Part shown: positions 31,457-40,039 of the stretch, piece after piece
How positions within the stretch are numbered: the stretch's first letter is position 1
Layout of the letters: each line of letters starts with the position of its first letter
NCBI GenBank assembly: GCA_035285125.1
Contig: JAYKHR010000157.1
Span: forward strand, 1 to 58,474
Length of the DNA stretch: 58,474 bases
Reading direction: 5' to 3'
Source of the DNA: Candidatus Sericytochromatia bacterium
Lineage (GTDB): Bacteria; Cyanobacteriota; Sericytochromatia; S15B-MN24; JAQBPE01
Translations under genes and position numbers: made by a program
Notes under the pieces: model-generated
Seen by the model: only the letters and a program-made list of their open reading frames with translations
Told to the model about the DNA's origin: nothing
Database searches by the model: none

Positions 31457-32626
31457 ATGAACCCGCGCCTCACCCTTGCAGCCACCATCGCCCTCGCCAC
31501 CACCGCCGTGGTGGTCGCGGCGCCGGCCCAGGCGGAATGGAAAGGCCTCGCAACCTTCGACTGCGAGACGTCCCGCGCGAACTGGAACTTCGACGGCCTC
31601 TATGGCCCGTACACGACCCGCGCCGTGAAGAACTTCCAGCGGGTACGAGGCATCAAGGTGGACGGCGTGACGGGGCCGGAGACGTGCCGCTCCCTCGGGC
31701 TGCGCTACCGCCGCACCCTGAGGTGCGGCATGGGCGGCAACGAGGTCTACATGCTGCAGCAGGCGCTGGCGGCCTCCGGGTTCTGGTACGGCGGCATGGG
31801 CGACGGGCTGACCTCCGTGGACGGCCTCTCCGGCGCCTCGCCGTGGGCCGAGCCGCCCCTGCTCGTGACGCCTGAGCCCGCCCTCACCCCCGGGCCCGTC
31901 TCGACCCCCGCGCCGCTCACGCTGCTGCCCAGCGAGCCCCCGAGCCCTGTGCCGACGGAGCCGCCCACCCCGGCGCCCACCGAGGCCCCCGTGGCGACGC
32001 CTACCCCGGCGGAGACGCCCGCCCCCCTCGACACGCCGCCGCCGCCGGCCCCCTCACCGACCCCGCTGCCTGGCTGGACGCCCGCCTTCGAGCTCTCCGG
32101 CAGCAACTGGATGCTGCCCCTGACGGCCGGCGCCCGCAGCTACGACCTCGCCTTCTCGCGCCCCACCTGGAACGGAGGCGCCACCGCCTGGTTCGGGGAC
32201 GTCGGTGTCTCCACGGACCTGACGGTGTTCAACGAGACCTTCGTGAACTACCGCGATCCTGCCGTCGGCGCCTTTTTCGTCCCCAACACCTCGATGTTCG
32301 ACCTGCTGGCAAGGTGGCGCTTCGAGCGCGGCGCCTGGCAGGCCTTCGGCGGCTACCGCGGCGTGGGCCAAGCCAACGTCAACTTCCTGACTGTGGGTGG
32401 GGCTTGGGAGCGTCCGCTGGTCGGCGGCTGGCTCTGGGCGAAGGCCCAGGGCCAGGTGGGCCTCGGCCTGCGGGGCGGCGCCTTCGCTGACGGGCGAGCC
32501 GGGCTGGCTGTTCGCATCGAGCCGCTCACGGCCGAGGTCGGCTTCCGCCACTTCACCTTCCGCAACGACGCCGACCCCCTGCTGCACATGAACGGGCCCG
32601 TCATCGGCATCGGCGCCGCATTCTGA
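31457..32626 (+). CDS. Exported protein: peptidoglycan-binding domain, Pro/Thr linker, probable C-terminal beta-barrel
   Basis: Signal peptide AQA-E; DGLYGPYTTRAVKNFQRVRGIKVDGVTGPET; PT-rich stretch; amphipathic strands ending IGIGAAF. Confidence 0.75.
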   Translation: MNPRLTLAATIALATTAVVVAAPAQAEWKGLATFDCETSRANWNFDGLYGPYTTRAVKNFQRVRGIKVDGVTGPETCRSLGLRYRRTLRCGMGGNEVYMLQQALAASGFWYGGMGDGLTSVDGLSGASPWAEPPLLVTPEPALTPGPVSTPAPLTLLPSEPPSPVPTEPPTPAPTEAPVATPTPAETPAPLDTPPPPAPSPTPLPGWTPAFELSGSNWMLPLTAGARSYDLAFSRPTWNGGATAWFGDVGVSTDLTVFNETFVNYRDPAVGAFFVPNTSMFDLLARWRFERGAWQAFGGYRGVGQANVNFLTVGGAWERPLVGGWLWAKAQGQVGLGLRGGAFADGRAGLAVRIEPLTAEVGFRHFTFRNDADPLLHMNGPVIGIGAAF

Positions 32627-32654
32627 GGAGACGAGCGGCCCGGCCGCCGCGGCG

Positions 32655-33419
32655 TCAGGGCTCGCGGACGGACACGTACAGGTACTGGAAGTAGCTGTAC
32701 CGGCGCAGCGGCGGCCACGCATAGCCGACCTCGTCCAGCCAACGGAACAGCGCCGGGACGCAGCGGTCGCGGAACACGTAGTGGGAAACGAGCCGGAAGA
32801 GCGCGAGCTCGGGGAACGCCACGCGGACCTCCAGGGCTGTGCGCAGCAGCCGCAACTCGGCTGGCGTGAGCGGATGCTCCTGGGCATCGCCGTGCTTCGG
32901 GAACCAGAGGCGGCCAGCGAGGTGCTGCCGGAACCAGAGCGCCGGTGCGCCGATGCCGGCGTTGTTCTCGTGGAAGAAGGCCTTCCCTCCCGGGGCGAGG
33001 GCCCGCGTCAGGGCCTCCACGACGGTGGGGAAAGGCTCGAGGTGGTGCAAGATGAGCGCCCCGAAGACGCGGTCGTAGGGGCCCCAATCGCCGAGGCGGC
33101 ACGCGTCGCCGTGAACGACCCGCAGGCCCTCGAGGCCCTCCCGGGCCGCGATTTCGGACAGCCTTCGCGTCGCGGCCTCGCTCTGGTCGATCGCCGTGAC
33201 CCGGGCCCCGGCGCGCAGGAAGGCCAGCGCGAACTCGCCGGTGCCGCTGCCCAGGTCGCAGACGTGGAGGCCCCGGACGTCCCCGAAGTGGGCCAGCGCA
33301 GCGCGCAGCACGGGGTCATCAGGCGCCGCCGCCGCGATGGCCTTGCCCTCGTAGCGGGCGTCCCAGAAGGCAAGCTCCGTGGACCCCGCGGGGACGGGAT
33401 CCGGGGCAGGGTCGCTCAT
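32655..33419 (-). CDS. Class I SAM-dependent methyltransferase
   Basis: VCDLGSGTG, AIDQS, HGDA, ILHHL, LAPGG. Confidence 0.88.
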   Translation of the reverse strand: MSDPAPDPVPAGSTELAFWDARYEGKAIAAAAPDDPVLRAALAHFGDVRGLHVCDLGSGTGEFALAFLRAGARVTAIDQSEAATRRLSEIAAREGLEGLRVVHGDACRLGDWGPYDRVFGALILHHLEPFPTVVEALTRALAPGGKAFFHENNAGIGAPALWFRQHLAGRLWFPKHGDAQEHPLTPAELRLLRTALEVRVAFPELALFRLVSHYVFRDRCVPALFRWLDEVGYAWPPLRRYSYFQYLYVSVREP

Positions 33420-34492
33420 CGCAGGTCCATCCGCCACACCAGCACCGAGCCGACCACGAGGAACAGGAGGTTGGAGGTCCAGGCGCCGAGGAACGGGGGA
33501 ATGTAGCCGAAGTTACCCAGGGCCTCGGTGATCTGAAGCGTCACGTAGTAGACGAACACGAGGATGATGGAGAACGCCACGCCCACGTAGCCCCCAAAGC
33601 GGGAGAAGATGAGCCCGAGCGGGGCCGCGATAAGCGCAGCAAAGAAGGTCGCGAGGGGCAAGGACCACTTCTTCCAGAACTGGACCTCGACCTGACGGGT
33701 GGCGCCGCCTGTCTTGCGAAGGTCTGAAATCTGGCTCTGGAGCTGGGCCGTGGACATTTCCTGCGCGTTGAGGCCCGGGGGGATGAGCTCGGCCGTGTTG
33801 AGGCTGATGGCGATGTCCATGGTGCGGAAGGCCACCTCGTGCTCCAGGTAGCCGTCGCGGTCGTACTTGTAGTTGGTGCCAAACTCCAGCCGCCAGACGT
33901 TGCCGATCCAGCGGGCGCGCTCCGCGTTGATGACCTGCGGCATGCCGTCGCGCGTCTTATCGAAGATGAACACGTCCTTCATCAGGCCGTCCTTGCGGAT
34001 TTCCTTGATGTAAAAGTACCGGTTGTCCGTGCCTTGGAAGAAGGTGTTCTCCTTGATCGGGGGGCGCGCCAGGTTCCGCGACATGTCCTGGATGGTCTTG
34101 TTGATTTGCTTGTTGCTGTAGGGCACGATCGTCTCATTGAGCGCGAAGGCCGCCGCCGAGACCAGCAGCGACGTGGCCATCACGGGCGTGATGATGCGCT
34201 TGAGGCTCACGCCTGCCGACCGCATGGCGATGATCTCGAAGTCCTTGCTCATCCGCCCGATGGCGAGGAGCGTCGCGAACAGGAACGCGACGGGGAACGC
34301 CAGCACCGTCAAGAACGGCAGGTTGTACACGAAGAGCTTCGTGACGGCGTCGAGGGGCGCGCCGGCCTTCACGATGAGGTCCGTGAGGTTGAACATCAAC
34401 GCGGGCAGCATCACAATCAAGAACCCGAAGACCCCGAACAGGAAGGGGTTGACGAGTTCGAGCAGGATATAGCGATCGAGGATCTTGCCCAT
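33416..34492 (-). CDS. LptF/LptG family LPS export permease
   Basis: KILDRYILLEL..PFLFG, EIIAMRSAGVSLKRI, LNETIVP, PPFLGAWTSN; start moved to ATG 34492. Confidence 0.93.
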   Translation of the reverse strand: MGKILDRYILLELVNPFLFGVFGFLIVMLPALMFNLTDLIVKAGAPLDAVTKLFVYNLPFLTVLAFPVAFLFATLLAIGRMSKDFEIIAMRSAGVSLKRIITPVMATSLLVSAAAFALNETIVPYSNKQINKTIQDMSRNLARPPIKENTFFQGTDNRYFYIKEIRKDGLMKDVFIFDKTRDGMPQVINAERARWIGNVWRLEFGTNYKYDRDGYLEHEVAFRTMDIAISLNTAELIPPGLNAQEMSTAQLQSQISDLRKTGGATRQVEVQFWKKWSLPLATFFAALIAAPLGLIFSRFGGYVGVAFSIILVFVYYVTLQITEALGNFGYIPPFLGAWTSNLLFLVVGSVLVWRMDLR

Positions 34493-34591
34493 TCGGAGTG
34501 GCCCTGCGCCCGTGCGCCGCGTGGCGTCTGAAGCCCCCTCAGCGTAGCACAAGCACCGCCCGGAGGGCCGCCACTGACCGCTCTCCCCCCG

Positions 34592-34600
34592 TGCTATAAT
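34592..34600 (+). promoter_or_regulatory. Extended -10 promoter element upstream of lnt
   Basis: TGCTATAAT 19 nt before the lnt ATG, in a GC-rich background. Confidence 0.6.
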
Positions 34601-34619
34601 CTCCCGCAAAGCCCTGCCG

Positions 34620-36284
34620 ATGACTGATTCCGCGCCATCCTCGCCCCTCGACCAGCCCCGCGTGGCGCTGCCCCCCGACGTCGCCGCTTGCTGGCGCGGC
34701 GAGGCGGAGGCCGCCCCAGGTCGCGTGGCGCTGCGGCGACGTGAGCTGGCGGGAAGTGCCTCGGCCGGCGTGCTACTGGCGCTGGCTTACCCGGGCTTCG
34801 ACCAGGGCTGGCTGGCCTACTTCGCCCTCATCCCGCTGTGCTTCCTGGCCTTCGTGCCTCGGGGCGCGCGGGGCATGGCCGCCCTGTTCACGGCCTTCGG
34901 TGCCGGCTTCAACCTCACGTCCCTTTACTGGTTCCTGGCGATGCACCCGCTGACGTGGCTGGGGTTCTCCTACGCTGCCAGCCTGGCGGTGGTGACGGGG
35001 GCCTGGCTGGCTGCTTCCGCGTTGCTGGTGCTCCAGTTTGCGCTGTTCGGCGCCCTCTTCGGGCTCGCGACCGAGCGGTGGCGCACGCCGCGCTGGGCCC
35101 ACGTCGCCGCGCTGGCCTGTGGCTGGACGGCCCTCGAGTGGCTCACCAGCCTCGGAACGTTCGGCTTCACCTGGGGCAACATGGCCCTGAGTCAGGTTCA
35201 CAACCCGGCCGTGCTTCAGATGCTGGAACTCGTTGGTCCTTACCCGCTTGCCGGCGTGCTGGTGACGTTCAACGGGGCCCTGGCGCTCGCGGTGCTGCCC
35301 CTCGTGCACGGCGCCCCCCCGCGCCGGACGCTTGTGCCCGCGGTGGTGGCCCTGGACGTGTTGCTGCTCGTGAGCGGCTACGGCTGGTGGCGGCTGCGCA
35401 CGGTGTGGCCGTCCGACAGGTTCTCCGCCGCGATCGTGCAGGGCAACATCCACGGGGCTGACAAGTGGACCCAGGGGAAGGAGGCCCTGCCACGTATGGC
35501 GGGGCGTTACATCGAACTCTCAGCCAAAGAGCCGGACACCGATCTGGTGCTGTGGCCGGAAACGGCCGTGCCCGAGTTCCTGCGCAACAACGCGGCGATC
35601 TTCGGTCAGGTCAGGGAGGCGGCCGTCACCCAGCGCCGCCACCTGATGTTCGGCACGCTCGACTGGGAGGGCCAAGGCGAGCAAATCAAGCTCTACAACG
35701 CCGTCGGCATGTTCGGGCCGGATGGAACGCTGCTCGGCTTCGACTACAAGCGGCACCTGGTGCCCTACGGGGAGTACGTGCCGGGTCGGGCTTGGATGCC
35801 GGCTTTCCTGTTGTCCTTGAACATCGTCGGCCACGACTACTACCCGGGCACCCGGCCCCACCTCTTCGACACGCCCTTCGGCAGGGTCGGCACGGGCGTG
35901 TGCTACGACGGCATCTTTCCCGACGCCATCAGGCCCGTCGTGGCGAGCGGCGCCACGGTGCTGACGCTCGTCACGAACGACGCCTGGTACAAGGACACCG
36001 CCGCACCCCGCGTCCTGCTGGCCCACGCTGTGCTGCGCGCCGTCGAGAACCGGCGCTGGGTTCTGCGCGCGGCCAACACCGGCATCAGTGCGTTCATCTC
36101 GCCCGCGGGCCAGGTGACGGCACAGACGCCCGTGTTCCAGGATGCCGTGCTCCGCGGCAAGGCTGCGGCGGTGACGGAACTGACGCCGTACACCCGCTGG
36201 GGTGACTGGCTGCCGATGGTCGCGTGTGGCGCCTTCGGGACCCTCGTGGGGCTGGGATGGATCCGACGCCGCCGCCCGAACTGA
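34620..36284 (+). CDS. lnt: Apolipoprotein N-acyltransferase
   Basis: TM N-domain, VQGNI, LWPETA, YKRHLVPYGEYVP, VCYD, TNDAWY, RAVENRR, RAANTGIS. Confidence 0.96.
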   Translation: MTDSAPSSPLDQPRVALPPDVAACWRGEAEAAPGRVALRRRELAGSASAGVLLALAYPGFDQGWLAYFALIPLCFLAFVPRGARGMAALFTAFGAGFNLTSLYWFLAMHPLTWLGFSYAASLAVVTGAWLAASALLVLQFALFGALFGLATERWRTPRWAHVAALACGWTALEWLTSLGTFGFTWGNMALSQVHNPAVLQMLELVGPYPLAGVLVTFNGALALAVLPLVHGAPPRRTLVPAVVALDVLLLVSGYGWWRLRTVWPSDRFSAAIVQGNIHGADKWTQGKEALPRMAGRYIELSAKEPDTDLVLWPETAVPEFLRNNAAIFGQVREAAVTQRRHLMFGTLDWEGQGEQIKLYNAVGMFGPDGTLLGFDYKRHLVPYGEYVPGRAWMPAFLLSLNIVGHDYYPGTRPHLFDTPFGRVGTGVCYDGIFPDAIRPVVASGATVLTLVTNDAWYKDTAAPRVLLAHAVLRAVENRRWVLRAANTGISAFISPAGQVTAQTPVFQDAVLRGKAAAVTELTPYTRWGDWLPMVACGAFGTLVGLGWIRRRRPN

Positions 36285-36934
36285 AGCCGGCGCCCCCCCT
36301 GCGCCGCCGTCCCGCCTGGCTGATCGCCGTGCCGGTGCTCGCCCTGCTCGTGGGGGTGATCGTGGCCGCCGTGTGGGTGACGCGGGCGCGCAAGGAGGCC
36401 GGACTGGCCGCGGACTCCGTGCTGCCCGTGACCATCCAGCTGGCTTCGAACGTGGAGGTCAAGTTCAGCGATGTCACCATGCAGGGTCGCCAGAAGGGCG
36501 TGCAGCGCTGGATGATCGTGGCGCCGACGGTGTCGCTGAGCAAGGACAGCCGCTACACCTATTTCGAGCCCAAGCCGAAGGGACGTTTCCTCAACCTGAA
36601 GGACTGGCGAGCCCGGGAAGAGGCCCCCTCGGACAAGGTTCGCAGCTTGGACTGGCAGGCCGACCGGGCCCAGTTCGATTCTTTCTCGGACGACCTCGAG
36701 ATGGCCGGTCATGTCGTCATCACCACCGACGACAAGGACGTCATCAAGACCGACAAGATGACCTACAAGTCTCGCACCAAGCGGGTCCAGATGCCGGGCA
36801 AGGTGCACATCAAGATGACGGACGGCACCGAGGCTCGGGCAGACTCGCTGGAGGCCAACTCGGACGCCGAGGTGTTCGAGCTCAAGGGGCACGTCGATTT
36901 CAAGGCCCCGACCGGGGATGAGGAAAAGCTGTGA
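36257..36934 (+). CDS. lptC: LptC-like LPS export periplasmic protein
   Basis: Single N-terminal TM followed by beta-jellyroll-like strands (WMIVA, ADRAQFD, IKTDKMTY, LKGHV); located between lnt and the LptA-like gene. Confidence 0.7.
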   Translation: MDPTPPPELKPAPPLRRRPAWLIAVPVLALLVGVIVAAVWVTRARKEAGLAADSVLPVTIQLASNVEVKFSDVTMQGRQKGVQRWMIVAPTVSLSKDSRYTYFEPKPKGRFLNLKDWRAREEAPSDKVRSLDWQADRAQFDSFSDDLEMAGHVVITTDDKDVIKTDKMTYKSRTKRVQMPGKVHIKMTDGTEARADSLEANSDAEVFELKGHVDFKAPTGDEEKL

Positions 36935-38199
36935 AGGCCTGGAGACGCACGTGGACGGGGCTGGCCATGGCAGCCCTGCTGGGGACGGGTGCCAGCCCGG
37001 GCTGGGCGGCTCCCAGCCCAGCGGCTGCGGCCTCGGCGAGCCCCCCGGCGCCGGCCGCCAGCCCCGTGAGCCCACCGCCCGCGCTGGTGCCGCCAGCGGT
37101 GCCACCGCCACCGCCGCTGCCGCGCTTGCAGCCGAGCCCCACGGCCCGTCCGGTCCCAACCCCTCGGCGACCACAAGCCACAAGGCCCAAGCGCAAGCCT
37201 GTGGGCGAGAACCCGGGCAAGGCGGGCCGCAAGGCAAAGCCCCGCGACGAGCGCGTACACCTCACGGCGGACTACCTCAAGTACGACCGCAAGGCCCGCC
37301 GCGCCCTCGCCACGGGTAAGGTCAAGATCGTGCAGGAGGACACCGTCATCCGGACCGAAGAGGTCCAGTTCGACCAGGCGGCGAAGGTGTCCTACATGAA
37401 CCAGCCCGTCCACGTCACGCAGCGCATCAAGGGCGAGGCGCCGACCACGCTGAACGCCAAGCGGATGACCACGTACCACCGCGAGAAGCGCCTGCTCGCG
37501 GAGGGCGAGGTCCGCTTCGTGCGGTCGCGCAACCCGCTCGCGAAGCCCAGCTCGGCGGCGCAACGCGACAAGATCGCCGCGGCCATCAAGAAAGAGGACA
37601 CCGTCATCACCGCGGACGAGCTCGAGTACTGGACGCAGCGAAAGGACGCGCACTTCAGGCGAAACGTCGCGATCGTCAACGGCAAGAAGAAGGCCTGGAG
37701 CGACAGCGCCTTCATGGACCGGACGCGTGACGAGACACGGCTCGAGGGACATGTGAAGGTCGTGCAGATCAACGGCAACTGGCTCGTGAAGGAGGGCATC
37801 GTCGAGGCTGACAAGCCGGACGACACGCGGGATGAGGCGCTGCGGGAGCGGGCCACGCTCTGGTGCGACAAGCTCGTGATCGACAACCGCACCAGCGACG
37901 CCGTGGCGACGGGGCAGGTCGTGCGCATCGAGCAGAAGGGCAAGGTCGCGACGGGCCGCCGCGCCGTGCTCTCGGACCTGAACCACACCATCACGCTCAC
38001 GGAGAACGTGCGCGTCCAGCAGGCCAACGGCGACTGGCTGACGGCCACCCGGGCCGTGTTCAACACGCAGTCCGAGGTGTTCGAGGCCTTCAGCGGCGGC
38101 CAGACCCAGGTGCAGACGGAGTTCGCCCCGGCATCCAAGGGCCCGCCGGCCGGGGGCCGCGTGGAGCTCGACGTCGACGTCGAAGGCCAGGGCCCGTAG
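36931..38199 (+). CDS. LptA/OstA-like protein with Pro-rich N-terminus and extended jellyroll
   Basis: Signal peptide; LTADYLKYD..ATGKVKIVQ, ITADELEYW, ITLTENVRVQQ; GTGA overlap with the upstream gene. Confidence 0.72.
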   Translation: MKAWRRTWTGLAMAALLGTGASPGWAAPSPAAAASASPPAPAASPVSPPPALVPPAVPPPPPLPRLQPSPTARPVPTPRRPQATRPKRKPVGENPGKAGRKAKPRDERVHLTADYLKYDRKARRALATGKVKIVQEDTVIRTEEVQFDQAAKVSYMNQPVHVTQRIKGEAPTTLNAKRMTTYHREKRLLAEGEVRFVRSRNPLAKPSSAAQRDKIAAAIKKEDTVITADELEYWTQRKDAHFRRNVAIVNGKKKAWSDSAFMDRTRDETRLEGHVKVVQINGNWLVKEGIVEADKPDDTRDEALRERATLWCDKLVIDNRTSDAVATGQVVRIEQKGKVATGRRAVLSDLNHTITLTENVRVQQANGDWLTATRAVFNTQSEVFEAFSGGQTQVQTEFAPASKGPPAGGRVELDVDVEGQGP

Positions 38200-38273
38200 C
38201 CCTGGTCACATCGGGGCGACGCCGCCGGGCGTAGCATGGGAAGCGCCCACACCCGTCTGGAGGGATGCTCCCC

Positions 38274-38393
38274 ATGGCCCAACCCACCTCGAAGGACGAC
38301 GCCGTCTCGCGCCTCAAGGCCATCATCGAGAAAGACCGTCACGAGACCCGGCCGACGGGTGCGACGCCCCCGCCGGAAGCCAAGGCTTCCTGA
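38274..38393 (+). CDS. 39-aa peptide resembling the MinD-contact helix of MinE (not in the ORF track)
   Basis: MAQPTSKDDAVSRLKAIIEKDRHETRPTGATPPPEAKAS; GGAGG RBS; codons mostly end in G/C. Confidence 0.55.
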   Translation: MAQPTSKDDAVSRLKAIIEKDRHETRPTGATPPPEAKAS

Positions 38394-38405
38394 CGCGGCG
38401 CGACG

Positions 38406-39293
38406 TCAGCGCGTCATGATCCAGACGGCGGCGGCGGCCCACACCAGCACGGCAGCCGTCAGGGGGCCGTCATGCAGCACCACCTCGGTGGGGTTCTCGC
38501 CGGCCGCGCGCTGCTCGACCAGCAGCTGGTAGCGGAAGAAGCCGAAGATGACGAGGCCCATTGTCAGCGCAAGCTCGGGCCTCACCGTCGCCGTGAAGAG
38601 CCCGTAAAAGACGATCGCCGCCGTGGCGGCCACCGTGGCGAAGCGCTCCAGCAAGGGCACCGAGTAGTCGCCCAGCACGGCACGGCCGTGGCCGTCCGTG
38701 AGCGCGAGCTCCTGGCGCCGCTTGGTGGCGGCCAGGTACAGCGCCAGGCAGAGCGTGGTGTTCGCCATCCAGCTCGACAGGGGCACCCCGAGCGCCAGCG
38801 CCCCGCCCCAGACGCGCAGCACGAAGCCGACGGCGATGCAGAACAGGTCCACCACGGGCACGTGCTTGAGGCCGAAGCTGTAGCCCACGTTGAGCACCAC
38901 GTAGCCGCCAAGGGCCAGCCCGACGGCAGGCATCGCGGTGGCGCCTGCCGCCACCACGGCCAGCAGCGCAGCCAACAGCCACCAACCCTGCCACGGCGCC
39001 ACCGTGCCAGCCGCCAGCGGGCGCGTGTGGCGCTTCGTCGGATGCGCCCGGTCACGCGGGAGGTCCATGAGGTCGTTGAGCACGTAGACTGCCGAGGAGG
39101 CCAGGCAAAACAGCGCAAGGGCGGAGCAGGCCGTGGCGACGGCCCCGGGGCGCCCGAGGGCACCAGCGAAGACCAAAGGCGCCAGGACGAAGGCGTTCTT
39201 GACCCACTGGCGTGGGCGACACAGGCCCAACACCGCGCGGAAGCCGCGCGGGGTTGCGGGCGGGGCGTCCAGAGGCAGGTCCTCAGCCGCCAC
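38406..39293 (-). CDS. UbiA-family polyprenyl-phosphate phosphoribosyltransferase
   Basis: RPRQWVKN, YVLNDLMD..DRAHPTKRHTRPLAAG, YSFGLKHVPVVD, KRRQEL. Confidence 0.88.
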   Translation of the reverse strand: MAAEDLPLDAPPATPRGFRAVLGLCRPRQWVKNAFVLAPLVFAGALGRPGAVATACSALALFCLASSAVYVLNDLMDLPRDRAHPTKRHTRPLAAGTVAPWQGWWLLAALLAVVAAGATAMPAVGLALGGYVVLNVGYSFGLKHVPVVDLFCIAVGFVLRVWGGALALGVPLSSWMANTTLCLALYLAATKRRQELALTDGHGRAVLGDYSVPLLERFATVAATAAIVFYGLFTATVRPELALTMGLVIFGFFRYQLLVEQRAAGENPTEVVLHDGPLTAAVLVWAAAAVWIMTR

Positions 39294-39295
39294 GG

Positions 39296-40039
39296 TCAGA
39301 GCCTCGTCCGCTCAAAGATGGGCCCCGGAATGGCCCGGATGACGGCCATCAGCCAGCGCCAGAAGCCCGGCACGTAGGCCTCGGCGCGTCCCCGCGAGAC
39401 GGCGCGGAGGATCCCCTCGGCGGCGGCCTGGGGCGAGGCCACGAGGAACAACCCAGGGCGCCCGTGGGTCATGGCCGTGTCGACGAAGCCGGGCTTCACC
39501 AGCGTCACGCGGATGCCATGCGGGGCGAGCCGGTGTCGCAGGCCCTGCATGTAGACATGGAAGCCCCCCTTGGCTGCCCCATAAAGGTAGTTCGACTGGC
39601 GCCCGCGATCCCCCGCCACGGAGCCGACACCGCACAGCCAGCCGCGCCCCTGGGCCAGGAGGGCGGTGGCCGCGACCTCGCAGGCCAGGGCCGGACCCGA
39701 GAGGTTGGCCTCGAAGGTGCGGCGCGCAAGCTCGGGGTTGGCCTCAGCCTCCCGTTGCTCGGGGAGGCTCCCAACGGCCACCAGGACGCCCGCGATCTCT
39801 CCTTCCAGCGCCTGCGCCATGTTGTCCAGGGTGGCAGGCTCGCCCGCATCCCAGCGGAAGGTGCGGACCTCGACACCCGTTCGGATGCGGATGTCGGCAG
39901 CCACCGCGGCGACCTCCAGATCGTCTCGGCCCCCCAGGCGCAGCGGGTGGCCGGCCCTGGCGAGGGCCATCGCGGTCGCCCGCGCGATGGCAGAGGTCGC
40001 GCCGAGGATTACCACGGCGCCGCTGCCCGGCGCGCTCAC
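39296..40039 (-). CDS. SDR oxidoreductase, DprE2-like
   Basis: ILGATSAIA, SVAGDRGRQSNYLYGAAKGG, VKPGFVDTAMT; adjacent to a DprE1-like gene. Confidence 0.88.
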   Translation of the reverse strand: MSAPGSGAVVILGATSAIARATAMALARAGHPLRLGGRDDLEVAAVAADIRIRTGVEVRTFRWDAGEPATLDNMAQALEGEIAGVLVAVGSLPEQREAEANPELARRTFEANLSGPALACEVAATALLAQGRGWLCGVGSVAGDRGRQSNYLYGAAKGGFHVYMQGLRHRLAPHGIRVTLVKPGFVDTAMTHGRPGLFLVASPQAAAEGILRAVSRGRAEAYVPGFWRWLMAVIRAIPGPIFERTRL

